Shown: piece by piece, positions 55,854-64,000 of the stretch | Numbering within the stretch: the first letter of the stretch is position 1 | Layout: every line of letters starts with the position of its first letter | Assembly: GCA_050251055.1 (NCBI GenBank) | Contig: JBFWNL010000005.1 | Span: 1-64,000, forward strand | Source: Bacteriovoracia bacterium | GTDB taxonomy: Bacteria > Bdellovibrionota > UBA1018 > JBFWNL01 | Length of the DNA stretch: 64,000 nucleotides | Direction: 5' to 3' | The notes under the pieces: generated by a model | What the model saw: the letters and a program-made list of their open reading frames with translations, nothing else | Database searches by the model: none | What the model was told of the DNA's origin: nothing | Translations under genes and position numbers: made by a program

Positions 55854-58058
55854 TTAGAGGCCGAAACCCGCACGCATGTAAGTCATCACGGCGTCGATGC
55901 CGTACACCGCGTTCCAGCTGTCCCGGGATTGCGCACCCATCTTCTGTAGGATTTGCTCGACCCCGGCGTCGATTTGGCTTTGGGTTCCGCAAGCCGAAAC
56001 CAGCCCCTGGGACATCGCATAGGTGCAGAGGTCCCGCGTGGGCGCCGGGAACGTCGCGCTCAGTGCGGTACCCTGAACCGACACCCCGCCCGGGTTACGG
56101 ATATCCAGCGCGGGAGGTTGGGGAAAGGGCGGATTTTGCGCGACGACGGTGTTGTTGAGGAAGCTGATCCCCGAAAGGGGGTTTCTTCCTGGCAGCGTTT
56201 GCAATCCGTGGTGGTTGAAGAGGATGTTGTTCCTCACCGTCACGTTGCGGGCGAAGCCAGTCATGTAGCTTTGATCGAACGAGATGCCCGCGCCATCGGA
56301 GGTTCGCACCCGTCGGTTGGATATCACGTTGTTCTCGATGACCGATCCCGACGGGTTGGTGAACGCGACGCTGATGCCCACCCCCAGGTTTCCGTCGCCG
56401 AACTGGTCGACGTCCTTGGTCGCGGTGTGCGTGATGAAGTTGCCGCGAACTTGGTAGGCCCCTCCGTTCGGCCAAATCATCATTCCGCCGTTGCTATCGG
56501 CCGGCGGGGTGTCTTGTCCGCCGATATGGATGGCCATGGCAAGTCCGGAGTAGAAGTTGTCTTCCACGACTCCGGGCGAGCGTAGCGCCGTGCCGATGTG
56601 TGATTTAGTACCTCGCGAGATGCTAACGTTTTTCCGGATGATGATGGTTCCGGAGTTCGTGTCCTGGATGTAGCCGAAGTTATCCTGCTGATACGGCAGG
56701 CGTACGGTCTGGAACGCCCGCATGAGCAGATAGTTCCCTTCGACGAGTACCCCTTGGCTGAGGTCGACATAGAACGGGTGGGGAGACATCCCGGCGCCGG
56801 TGTTGTCCAGGATGTCTTCGAAGATATTGTTCCGGATCATGACGTTCGAGACACCGGAGATCGTGATGCCCTCCTTCCAGCGCCAGAATTTGTTGTCCTC
56901 GATCAGGATGTTCATGCCGCCCGTGTTGATCGGTGCGTTGGTCCAGAGGATGCAGCTGCCGCTGTAATTCGTCGACGGCCGGAACTCCAGGCCCATGATC
57001 GCGAAGTGGCTGGACATGTTGTTGGGAAGAAGTGCGGCGTTGCTTTGGAAGGCGTATTCGGCGCTGCCGGGCTTCACGATGATGGGACGGGGACCGCTCC
57101 CATAGCTCGCGATGCCCATCATGCCCGTAATTTGGATTTCGCCATTGGCCATCACGTTGCGGGTATACGAACGTCCTTTCAAGCGGGTGACGGGAAAGGC
57201 TTCGTTGAAAGTATCCCCTTTCTTAAGCCGCAACTGATCGGGATACCCGGAGCGAAGCTGGCCGAACGCCTGGGCGATCGTGCGGTAGGGGACGACGGCG
57301 ATCGCCGGATGTTCCGGATCGGATCCCACTTCTGCGGCGGTGTAGGCCCGGGCGGTTCCGCCGCCGTTGTAACTCGAGCTGACATAAATCACCCGCGAGT
57401 CGGAACTCAGCATGAGCCGGGAGTACCCGCTCGCCGCCACGGGCGGAGCCTCGGGACAAAGGCCGGGTACGGGCGATTGCAGGTAATCGTAGTAGTTATT
57501 GATGAAGAGAGACAAGTCAGCCGGTTCGACGCGACCGTTGTGATCATAGTCAATGCGGGTATCTCCGGCGTAGAGGGCGTTCGTGACTCCTGCGATGTCG
57601 GCCGCGTTCACGCTCCCATTCTGGTCGAAGTCCGGGCAGATCGTCGCCGTGCGGGGAGCGGGCGAGGATTCGGGCGAAGGGGCGGGAGCCGGTGGGGCGC
57701 TCGCGGTTACCGTCACCACCGACCACGGGGTGTACGCCGAGCAGCTGCGGGCGCAGGCTCGGACACGGAAGCGATGCACTCCCGCGCCTGCGGCGTTCTC
57801 GAGCGATACGGCGTTCGCTTCGGCGTTCAACGTGACTGACGGAACGCCATTGAAACTACCGTCGACTTGAGTTTGGCGCTGCACGCGGAAGCTGGTTTCG
57901 TTGCTGGAGTTGTCTTGCCACTGTACGCGGGCGCGGCCGTCGGCTAGATCCGAGGTCTCGACCGCGGATGGCGCCGCCGGGGCCGCCGCCGCTCCGGTAG
58001 TAGACATTCCATAAAGTAAACTAGCCGCAGATAATGTGAGCCACTTTTTCATGCGCAT
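55854..58058 (-). CDS. Secreted FN3 + dockerin/EF-hand-like + right-handed beta-helix protein
   Basis: WQDNSSNETSF FN3; DFDQNGSVNAAD and DYDHNGRVEPAD Ca-binding loops; repeated IEDN/IRNN/VEGN beta-helix rungs. Confidence 0.85.
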   Translation of the reverse strand: MRMKKWLTLSAASLLYGMSTTGAAAAPAAPSAVETSDLADGRARVQWQDNSSNETSFRVQRQTQVDGSFNGVPSVTLNAEANAVSLENAAGAGVHRFRVRACARSCSAYTPWSVVTVTASAPPAPAPSPESSPAPRTATICPDFDQNGSVNAADIAGVTNALYAGDTRIDYDHNGRVEPADLSLFINNYYDYLQSPVPGLCPEAPPVAASGYSRLMLSSDSRVIYVSSSYNGGGTARAYTAAEVGSDPEHPAIAVVPYRTIAQAFGQLRSGYPDQLRLKKGDTFNEAFPVTRLKGRSYTRNVMANGEIQITGMMGIASYGSGPRPIIVKPGSAEYAFQSNAALLPNNMSSHFAIMGLEFRPSTNYSGSCILWTNAPINTGGMNILIEDNKFWRWKEGITISGVSNVMIRNNIFEDILDNTGAGMSPHPFYVDLSQGVLVEGNYLLMRAFQTVRLPYQQDNFGYIQDTNSGTIIIRKNVSISRGTKSHIGTALRSPGVVEDNFYSGLAMAIHIGGQDTPPADSNGGMMIWPNGGAYQVRGNFITHTATKDVDQFGDGNLGVGISVAFTNPSGSVIENNVISNRRVRTSDGAGISFDQSYMTGFARNVTVRNNILFNHHGLQTLPGRNPLSGISFLNNTVVAQNPPFPQPPALDIRNPGGVSVQGTALSATFPAPTRDLCTYAMSQGLVSACGTQSQIDAGVEQILQKMGAQSRDSWNAVYGIDAVMTYMRAGFGL

Positions 58059-58196
58059 CCCCCTTTGGATTGCTGCGAATAAACCCCTCAGTCCCAGTCT
58101 TTAGGGTGCGCCGGTATCCCTTGGGATTCAACGGGGCAAGGCGTGAGCGGGTGAAGTAGCGTATGCCGGTTGTATGCTGGCGCCGGGTGTAGGGGC

Positions 58197-59177
58197 CTAG
58201 GGAATACCGAGCTCGGCAAGGGAGATGTGGCGCCGGGCCTCGCCCCATATTTTTCCGGGTGCGAATTCCGTGGGGACCAGCGAGAATCCGCGCGCAAAAG
58301 CGCGGATGATTTTCTCCGGAGAGATCCCTCTTTGCGCGAGTTCCGGCAGCTGGATGCCCGCGGTGCGTTTTTCCAAGCGGGTGCCGTCGCCGGCCAGCAC
58401 GAGCGAGGTATGAAAGACCGCCGGGAATTCGCCCGTTCCCGCCGGTCCGCGCAGCCAAGCTTGGATCTTGCGCTGGATCGGGGTCGCCGATTCCAGATCC
58501 CACGCCCGCACGAGCAAGGACTCCTCGGTTTCCCAATCGTCGATCGCGCAAGCCCAATGGTATCCGGGCAGAAAACTTTTCTCGTCGGCTTCGCCGTCTG
58601 GGGATTTCAAGGGGGAAGTGCGTGCGACGATGAAGTCGTGGCTGCCGGTGGGATCGTCGTCGCGAAAACGCCAAGCGATCTTCGTGCCCCTCGGTTTGGG
58701 AGGATTCGTGAGACGACAGCGGCCGGAATAGCGGACGGAGGGACCGTCCCCGTCATTTAACGTGTCGGGTAACGTGTCAGGTAACGTGTCGGGTAACGCG
58801 GTTGGCGACGTCCCGGGCGTCGATTGACCAGCGGGCCGCGAGTTCTGCGGGGCCGAGGCGAGCGATGCTAGGACTTCTTTGCGTGAACAATGGCAGGGGT
58901 ATATTTTTCCCTCCCGTCGGGCGCGCAAAAACGCCGACCAGTGAGCCGAGAGCCGCTGCGTTTGAATGGATACGCGGTCGGGGACCAGTCCGAGTTCAGC
59001 CATCTCCTGGAGTTGGCGGGCCTGGGCGCCAGGAATAACGCGAGGTGTATCGATATCTTCGAATCTGACATGCCACGGCATATTGAGGGCACGGGCCCAG
59101 GCCTGCGACACCCAGGCCGTGCGAAAATTTCCGATGTGGAATGCTCCGGTAGGAGACGGGGCGAAGCGTACACTCAT
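58197..59177 (-). CDS. gluQ: Glutamyl-Q tRNA(Asp) synthetase-like (GluRS catalytic domain only)
   Basis: RFAPSPTG.FHIGN, RFEDID.PR, YPCHCSRK, YHWA.A.DD; no anticodon-binding domain. Confidence 0.8.
   Translation of the reverse strand: MSVRFAPSPTGAFHIGNFRTAWVSQAWARALNMPWHVRFEDIDTPRVIPGAQARQLQEMAELGLVPDRVSIQTQRLSAHWSAFLRARREGKIYPCHCSRKEVLASLASAPQNSRPAGQSTPGTSPTALPDTLPDTLPDTLNDGDGPSVRYSGRCRLTNPPKPRGTKIAWRFRDDDPTGSHDFIVARTSPLKSPDGEADEKSFLPGYHWACAIDDWETEESLLVRAWDLESATPIQRKIQAWLRGPAGTGEFPAVFHTSLVLAGDGTRLEKRTAGIQLPELAQRGISPEKIIRAFARGFSLVPTEFAPGKIWGEARRHISLAELGIP
58758..58798. repeat. 12-bp in-frame tandem repeat (3.4 copies; encodes LPDT repeats in gluQ)
   Basis: TAACGTGTCGGG TAACGTGTCAGG TAACGTGTCGGG TAACG. 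Confidence 0.9.
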
Positions 59178-59353
59178 AAGGCTCGTTGAACTTAGCTTGG
59201 ATTGTGCTCGATCACGCAAAAAAATTGGAAAATCTCATAAATACGGCTCCATTACGCGACGAGTCGCCCCTGTGGGTTCACCCTTGACCCCTCTTGGAGG
59301 GGTGAGTACAACGCACTCACCAATCATTAGCTATGTCAGGGGAGATGGGGATT

Positions 59354-60385
59354 ATGAAAAAGTATTTTCAGGTAACGGGCTTGGGCGTCGCATTGTATTT
59401 GGTGATCCTGCTCGTGGTGGGATCACTCGTGCCCATGTACGCGAACGCCGCGAAGGTAAAAATCGGTTTTGTTCTCTCCACCTTGCAGGAAGAGCGTTAC
59501 CAAAAGGACCAAAAGTTTTTCAAAGAGCAGGCGGATAAACTGGGCTTTGAACCCGTGATGGTTTCCGCCGAGAATAATGAACAGACGCAGACCGCCAAGA
59601 TCGAGAATCTTCTATCGATGGGCGTGAAGGCGATCGTAGTGCAGCCCGTGAACTCGGAAGCCGCCGCGAACCTCGTGAAGCTCGCGCACGAGGACAAGGT
59701 GCCGGTCGTGGCTTACGACCGCATGATCGCCAATGCCCCCGTGGATTTCTACGTCACGATGGATTCGTTCAAAGTGGGCGTGCTCCAGGCGGAAGCCGCC
59801 GTGAAGGCGACGGGAGGGAAGGGGAATTACGTGATCCTCCAGGGCCAGGCTGGTCACTCGGTGGCCAACGAAATCACCCGGGGCGTGATGTCCGTGTTGA
59901 GCAAACAGAAGAACATCAAGATCGTCATGCAGAAAAGCCACGACGGCTGGAGCCCTCAGCTCGCCATGCAGACCGTGGAGAATGCCCTCACCCAGACGGG
60001 CAACAAAATCGATGCCGTATTGGCGAACAACTCAGGCATGGCCAACGGCGCCGTGCAGGCGTTGGGCGAGCAGGGCCTGGCCGGTAAAGTGTTCGTGGCC
60101 GGAGCGGACGCCGATTTGGCCAATATCAAGAACATCGTGGCCGGTCGTCAGCAGCTCGAGGTGCTGAAGGATATCGCCCCGCTTGCGCAGACCGCGGCGA
60201 AGGTGGCGTATGATCTGGCTACGGCGAAGAAGCCGAAGCCGACGCGTACGATTCAGAACGGGACCTTCAGCGTGCCCGTGATGGAAACTCCCGTGTACGC
60301 GATCACCAAGGATAACCTTGAGCAGCGCGTGATCTCGACGGGCTTCCATGCGCGCGAAGCCGTCTACGGTGCCGCTAAAAAGTAG
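59354..60385 (+). CDS. xylF: Sugar ABC transporter substrate-binding protein (D-xylose XylF-like)
   Basis: LQEERYQKD, VVAYDRMI, VG.LQA, W....A, AGADAD. Confidence 0.8.
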   Translation: MKKYFQVTGLGVALYLVILLVVGSLVPMYANAAKVKIGFVLSTLQEERYQKDQKFFKEQADKLGFEPVMVSAENNEQTQTAKIENLLSMGVKAIVVQPVNSEAAANLVKLAHEDKVPVVAYDRMIANAPVDFYVTMDSFKVGVLQAEAAVKATGGKGNYVILQGQAGHSVANEITRGVMSVLSKQKNIKIVMQKSHDGWSPQLAMQTVENALTQTGNKIDAVLANNSGMANGAVQALGEQGLAGKVFVAGADADLANIKNIVAGRQQLEVLKDIAPLAQTAAKVAYDLATAKKPKPTRTIQNGTFSVPVMETPVYAITKDNLEQRVISTGFHAREAVYGAAKK

Positions 60386-60414
60386 TCTCCCGAGAAACCA
60401 GACCTAGGAGCGAC

Positions 60415-62007
60415 GTGGGAATTCCAGCGGGAACAACGGAGTTAGTCCGCTTGGGCGGCGTGACGAAAGTTTTCCCGGGGGTGCGTGCGCTCGATGGCGT
60501 GGATCTCTCCATTCGCGCCGGCGAAGTGCTCGCGCTCGTAGGCGAAAATGGAGCCGGCAAATCCACGCTCATGAAGGTCCTCAGCGGGGTTTACCCTGCC
60601 GGCAGTTTCGAGGGGGTGATCGAGATCGACGGCGTGCCCGTTCGGTTCCGTTCCCCGCGCGAGGCCGAGCGCGCTGGCATAGCGATCATTCACCAGGAAC
60701 TCTCCGCATTTCCGCACCTGACGGTGGCCGAGAATCTTTTCGTCGGTCACTGGCCCCGGAAGCGTTTTGGCGGCCGCGTGGATTGGGCGCGCCTTCAGGG
60801 GGAGGCTCAGAAGTACCTAGACGAAATCGGCGCCAAGTGCCGGGCCAGCGATCGGATGGGGGACCTGAGCGTGGGTGCCCAGCAGATGGTCGAGATCGCC
60901 AAGGCGCTCACGCGCCGAAGCCGGGTACTCATCCTGGATGAGCCCACCTCCGCGCTCACGCCTTCGGAGGTCGAGGCCCTTTTCGTGGTTATTCGTAAGC
61001 TCAAAGCGCAGGGTAAGGGGCTCGTGTATATCAGCCATAAAATGGAAGAGATCTATGCGATCGCCGATCGCATCACGGTGCTTCGGGATGGGAAGAGCGT
61101 TACGACCGCGCCGACGGCCGGGCTGCCGGAGCGGCAACTCATCGCGCACATGGTGGGTCGCTCGCTGGACCGCGCTTTTCCCGACCGACCGCCGTTCGTG
61201 ACGGGCGTGGCCGATACGCTTCTGAGCGTGCATGAGTTTTCGGGCTTTGGAAAAAGTACGTTAGGAAGTGCGGGCGCGGGGCCAGTGAGCGGGATGCGCC
61301 GCCTGTTTGGTCCGCTCTCGTTCGAGCTCAAGCGGGGCGAGATCCTGGGTTTCGCGGGACTCCTGGGAGCCGGCCGCACCGATCTCATGGAGGCGCTCTT
61401 TGGCAATGCCCAGCGTATTCAGACCGAAGGGGAAGTAAAGATCGGAGGCACCTCGGTGCGCGTGCGTACGCCGGGCGAAGGTTTGCGCAACCGGCTTGCT
61501 TTCGTAAGCGAGGACCGTAAACACCAGAGTATCCTGCCCAAACGCTCGCTCACGGAGAACGTGACGCTTTCTCGCCTGACCCTAGGCGGGCTGTTTCGCG
61601 TACTCGATGGCGCGCGCGAGGCGAAGCTCGCCGACGTTAGCCTTCGACGCTTTCGGACCCGTTGCACGGGGCCGGCTCAGGAGATTCAGACGCTCAGCGG
61701 GGGCAACCAGCAGAAAGCGGTCATCGGCCGTGCGCTGCAGACCAACCCGGACATCATCATTTTGGATGAGCCGACCCGGGGGATTGACGTGGCGGCGAAG
61801 TATGAAATTTATGAAATTCTTTTCGATCTGGCGGCCCAGGGTAAGGGTCTCCTGGTCGTCAGCTCCGATCTGCCGGAGGCGATGGGCCTTTGCGATCGAA
61901 TTATCGTCTTGAACCAAGGGGAGTACATGGGATGCTTGAGTCGTCACGAGTTCTCACAGCCGGCGATCATGGAGCTGGCCATCGGGCGGACGCACGGAAG
62001 GCGATGA
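60415..62007 (+). CDS. xylG: Sugar ABC transporter ATPase (XylG/RbsA-like)
   Basis: GENGAGKSTLMK, HQEL, LDEPT, SEDRK, LSGGNQQK, DEPTRGIDV. Confidence 0.8.
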   Translation: MGIPAGTTELVRLGGVTKVFPGVRALDGVDLSIRAGEVLALVGENGAGKSTLMKVLSGVYPAGSFEGVIEIDGVPVRFRSPREAERAGIAIIHQELSAFPHLTVAENLFVGHWPRKRFGGRVDWARLQGEAQKYLDEIGAKCRASDRMGDLSVGAQQMVEIAKALTRRSRVLILDEPTSALTPSEVEALFVVIRKLKAQGKGLVYISHKMEEIYAIADRITVLRDGKSVTTAPTAGLPERQLIAHMVGRSLDRAFPDRPPFVTGVADTLLSVHEFSGFGKSTLGSAGAGPVSGMRRLFGPLSFELKRGEILGFAGLLGAGRTDLMEALFGNAQRIQTEGEVKIGGTSVRVRTPGEGLRNRLAFVSEDRKHQSILPKRSLTENVTLSRLTLGGLFRVLDGAREAKLADVSLRRFRTRCTGPAQEIQTLSGGNQQKAVIGRALQTNPDIIILDEPTRGIDVAAKYEIYEILFDLAAQGKGLLVVSSDLPEAMGLCDRIIVLNQGEYMGCLSRHEFSQPAIMELAIGRTHGRR

Positions 62008-63104
62008 TGCCGAGCCGGCCGACACTGAAAGTCTTCTTGCGCCAGAACGGCGCCTGGATTGGGTTTTTGTTGCTCGCCGTGGCGCTCACCGTGCTCACGG
62101 ACGGCGGTTTTATTTCGCCGCGCAATCTCACGAACCTCTTGCGCCAGGCTTCGATCAACGGCGTGCTGGCCGCTGGCATGACCCTGGTCATTCTAACCGG
62201 CGGCATCGATCTTTCGATCGGTAGCACCGTAGCGCTCGCGGGCGTGGTGGCCGGCATGTCCCAGGTCTTTTGGCATTGGTCCGAACTCGGCGTGGTGGGC
62301 GCGGTGGCTACCGTGCTTCTTTCCGTCGGCGTCGGTACGGTCGTAGGCTTCGCCAACGGCGCGCTCGTTTCGGGTCTGGGGATTCCGCCTTTCGTCATCA
62401 CGCTGGGAATGATGGTAGTCGCGCGCGGCGTAGCCCTGATCTTTTCGGACGGTAGCGGCATTTCCCCGATGGGCGAAGCGTTGCGTCCGGTGGGAGAAGG
62501 GTATTTGCCGACGCTGTGGACGGTCGTCATCATGGCGGCGGTGCTGGGAACGCTGGTGTGGCAGCAGCGGCGGGCGCTCGCGAATCTGATCTTTCCCGTC
62601 CTCACGTTCGGGATCGTGACCTATGCCTTCGTCGATTACAAAGGCTTGCCCGTGCCCGTGCTCTTTCTGCTGGGCACGCTCGCGGTGACCGCGTTCGTTC
62701 TCTATCAGACGACGCTTGGACGTTGCGTCTATGCGATCGGCTCCAACGAGCAAGCGGCGTATTGGGCCGGCGTACCGGTAAAGACGGTAAAGTGGATCGT
62801 CTATACACTACTCGGTACGTTTTCGGGGTTAGCGGGCGTGTTGCTCTCCGCCCGTTTGAATTCGGCGGTGCCCACGGCGGGAAACCTATTTGAGCTGGAT
62901 GCGATCGCGGCCGTAGTCATTGGCGGGACCAGCCTCAAGGGGGGCGCCGGCACGATTATGGGCTGTTTGGTCGGGGCATTGACCATCGCGGCGCTGAACA
63001 ACGGGATGGACCTGCTGCAGGTCTCGAGCTTTTACCAAATGATCTTCAAGGGCGCGATTATCGTCGCGGCCGTCGCGATGGATCAAACTCAGCGCAACTC
63101 GTAA
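62004..63104 (+). CDS. xylH: Sugar ABC transporter permease (XylH/RbsC-like)
   Basis: GGIDLSIGS, IPPFVITLG, YAIGSN, ELDAIAAVVIGGTSL.GG. Confidence 0.8.
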   Translation: MMPSRPTLKVFLRQNGAWIGFLLLAVALTVLTDGGFISPRNLTNLLRQASINGVLAAGMTLVILTGGIDLSIGSTVALAGVVAGMSQVFWHWSELGVVGAVATVLLSVGVGTVVGFANGALVSGLGIPPFVITLGMMVVARGVALIFSDGSGISPMGEALRPVGEGYLPTLWTVVIMAAVLGTLVWQQRRALANLIFPVLTFGIVTYAFVDYKGLPVPVLFLLGTLAVTAFVLYQTTLGRCVYAIGSNEQAAYWAGVPVKTVKWIVYTLLGTFSGLAGVLLSARLNSAVPTAGNLFELDAIAAVVIGGTSLKGGAGTIMGCLVGALTIAALNNGMDLLQVSSFYQMIFKGAIIVAAVAMDQTQRNS

Positions 63105-63202
63105 TGCAACGAGTCATGTGTTTCCGGTTTTACGCGAATATCGGCGAACACGCGCTTGGATCCATTGAGGATCTTCGCTAACTCGCGTATTCTTTCGCCT
63201 GC

Positions 63203-63988
63203 ATGAAGAAGCGTCGCCGCTGGGTGATCAAAGTGGGCAGTCAGCTCGTCTGCACGGGGGGGCCGCTCCTGGTCCGCGAGTGGATGCAGCAAGTGCTGAC
63301 TTTGCAAAAGCGCCACCGCATCGACGTAGTTTGGGTTTCTTCGGGCGCGATTCATTCCGCGATCGGCCGTACGGGCCGCTCTCACGGTGCCAAGCGCACC
63401 CTTTCCGAAAAACAGGCTTTGAGCGCCATCGGTCAACCGATGGTGATGGATCTCTACAATCTTGCGCTGCAAGCGAGCGGTATGCTCGGAGCCCAGGTTT
63501 TACTGACGTACGACGACCTAGATAGTACCCAACGTCGACAAAATTTCCTGAACACGCTGGGCGAGCTTTTGAAGTGGGGCGCGGTACCGATTTTAAACGA
63601 AAACGACGCCGTGGCGACGGAAGAAATCAAGTTTGGCGACAACGACTCGCTCTCGGCTAAGGTTGCGATCGCCTTGCGCGCGGAGCGGCTGATCATCCTG
63701 TCGGACGTAGAGGGCCTGTATACCGAGAATCCGGCCGAAAATCCGCGCGCCCGGCTCGTCCGCGACGTCGAGCAAGTGAATGAAAAGGTGCTGAAGATGG
63801 CGCCACCGAACACGAAATCCAGCCGTGGCACGGGAGGGATGTACTCCAAGCTCCTCGCCGGACGCGAGGCCGCGCGCGCGGGGGTGGAAACCTACCTTGT
63901 GAAGGGTGACCGGATGAAGGTTTTGCTGGATCTAGCCGACGGCCTTCCCATCGGTACGCGCATTCACCGGCGAGCCAGCCGTGGCTAA
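63203..63988 (+). CDS. proB: Glutamate 5-kinase (no PUA domain)
   Basis: VIKVGS, VSSGA, KQALSAIGQ, NEND.V..EIKFGDND.L, GTGGM.SK. Confidence 0.93.
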   Translation: MKKRRRWVIKVGSQLVCTGGPLLVREWMQQVLTLQKRHRIDVVWVSSGAIHSAIGRTGRSHGAKRTLSEKQALSAIGQPMVMDLYNLALQASGMLGAQVLLTYDDLDSTQRRQNFLNTLGELLKWGAVPILNENDAVATEEIKFGDNDSLSAKVAIALRAERLIILSDVEGLYTENPAENPRARLVRDVEQVNEKVLKMAPPNTKSSRGTGGMYSKLLAGREAARAGVETYLVKGDRMKVLLDLADGLPIGTRIHRRASRG

Positions 63989-64000
63989 GGCATCTCGGCT

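Noticed and set aside
55669-55992. 108-aa N-terminal extension of the TIGR02147 ORF in the ORF track
   Set aside because: It overlaps the upstream gene's end and intergenic DNA; family similarity and an RBS point to ATG 55668.
56754-57839. 361-aa + strand ORF antisense to the beta-helix gene
   Set aside because: Shadow ORF with no recognisable domain.

Overview
GC-rich (~60-65%) bacterial chromosomal segment, densely coding (about 60 genes). I saw no rRNA, tRNA, CRISPR array or mobile element. The gene repertoire suggests a Bdellovibrionota/Oligoflexia-like organism (inference): a TIGR02147/DUF4423 protein with its lipoprotein, a pseudo-receiver HD-GYP protein, a PilZ protein, a FecR-linked adenylate cyclase and many Cys-rich secreted orphans. 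Housekeeping and transport genes include deoC, RNase E/G, prmA, yhhQ, dtd, rlmI-like, hppA, livJHMGF, gluQ, xylFGH-like and proB. The most notable observations are: (1) an XRE-cupin-regulated SDR plus divergent QueA-like operon; (2) a DeoC with a microcompartment encapsulation-peptide-like N-terminus but no shell genes in the window; (3) a signal-peptide-bearing COOH-NH2 ligase (amidoligase)-fold protein; (4) an ApbE/FMN-bind/heme-b-like flavinylation module whose first ORF is open in frame with an upstream barrel-like C-terminus; (5) an RNase E with a ~340-aa disordered S1 insertion; (6) a cyclase-FecR-outer membrane barrel trans-envelope signalling triad; (7) an extremely AT-rich palindromic island ahead of a pilin-like gene pair. 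All family calls come from motif recognition by eye, not from database searches.
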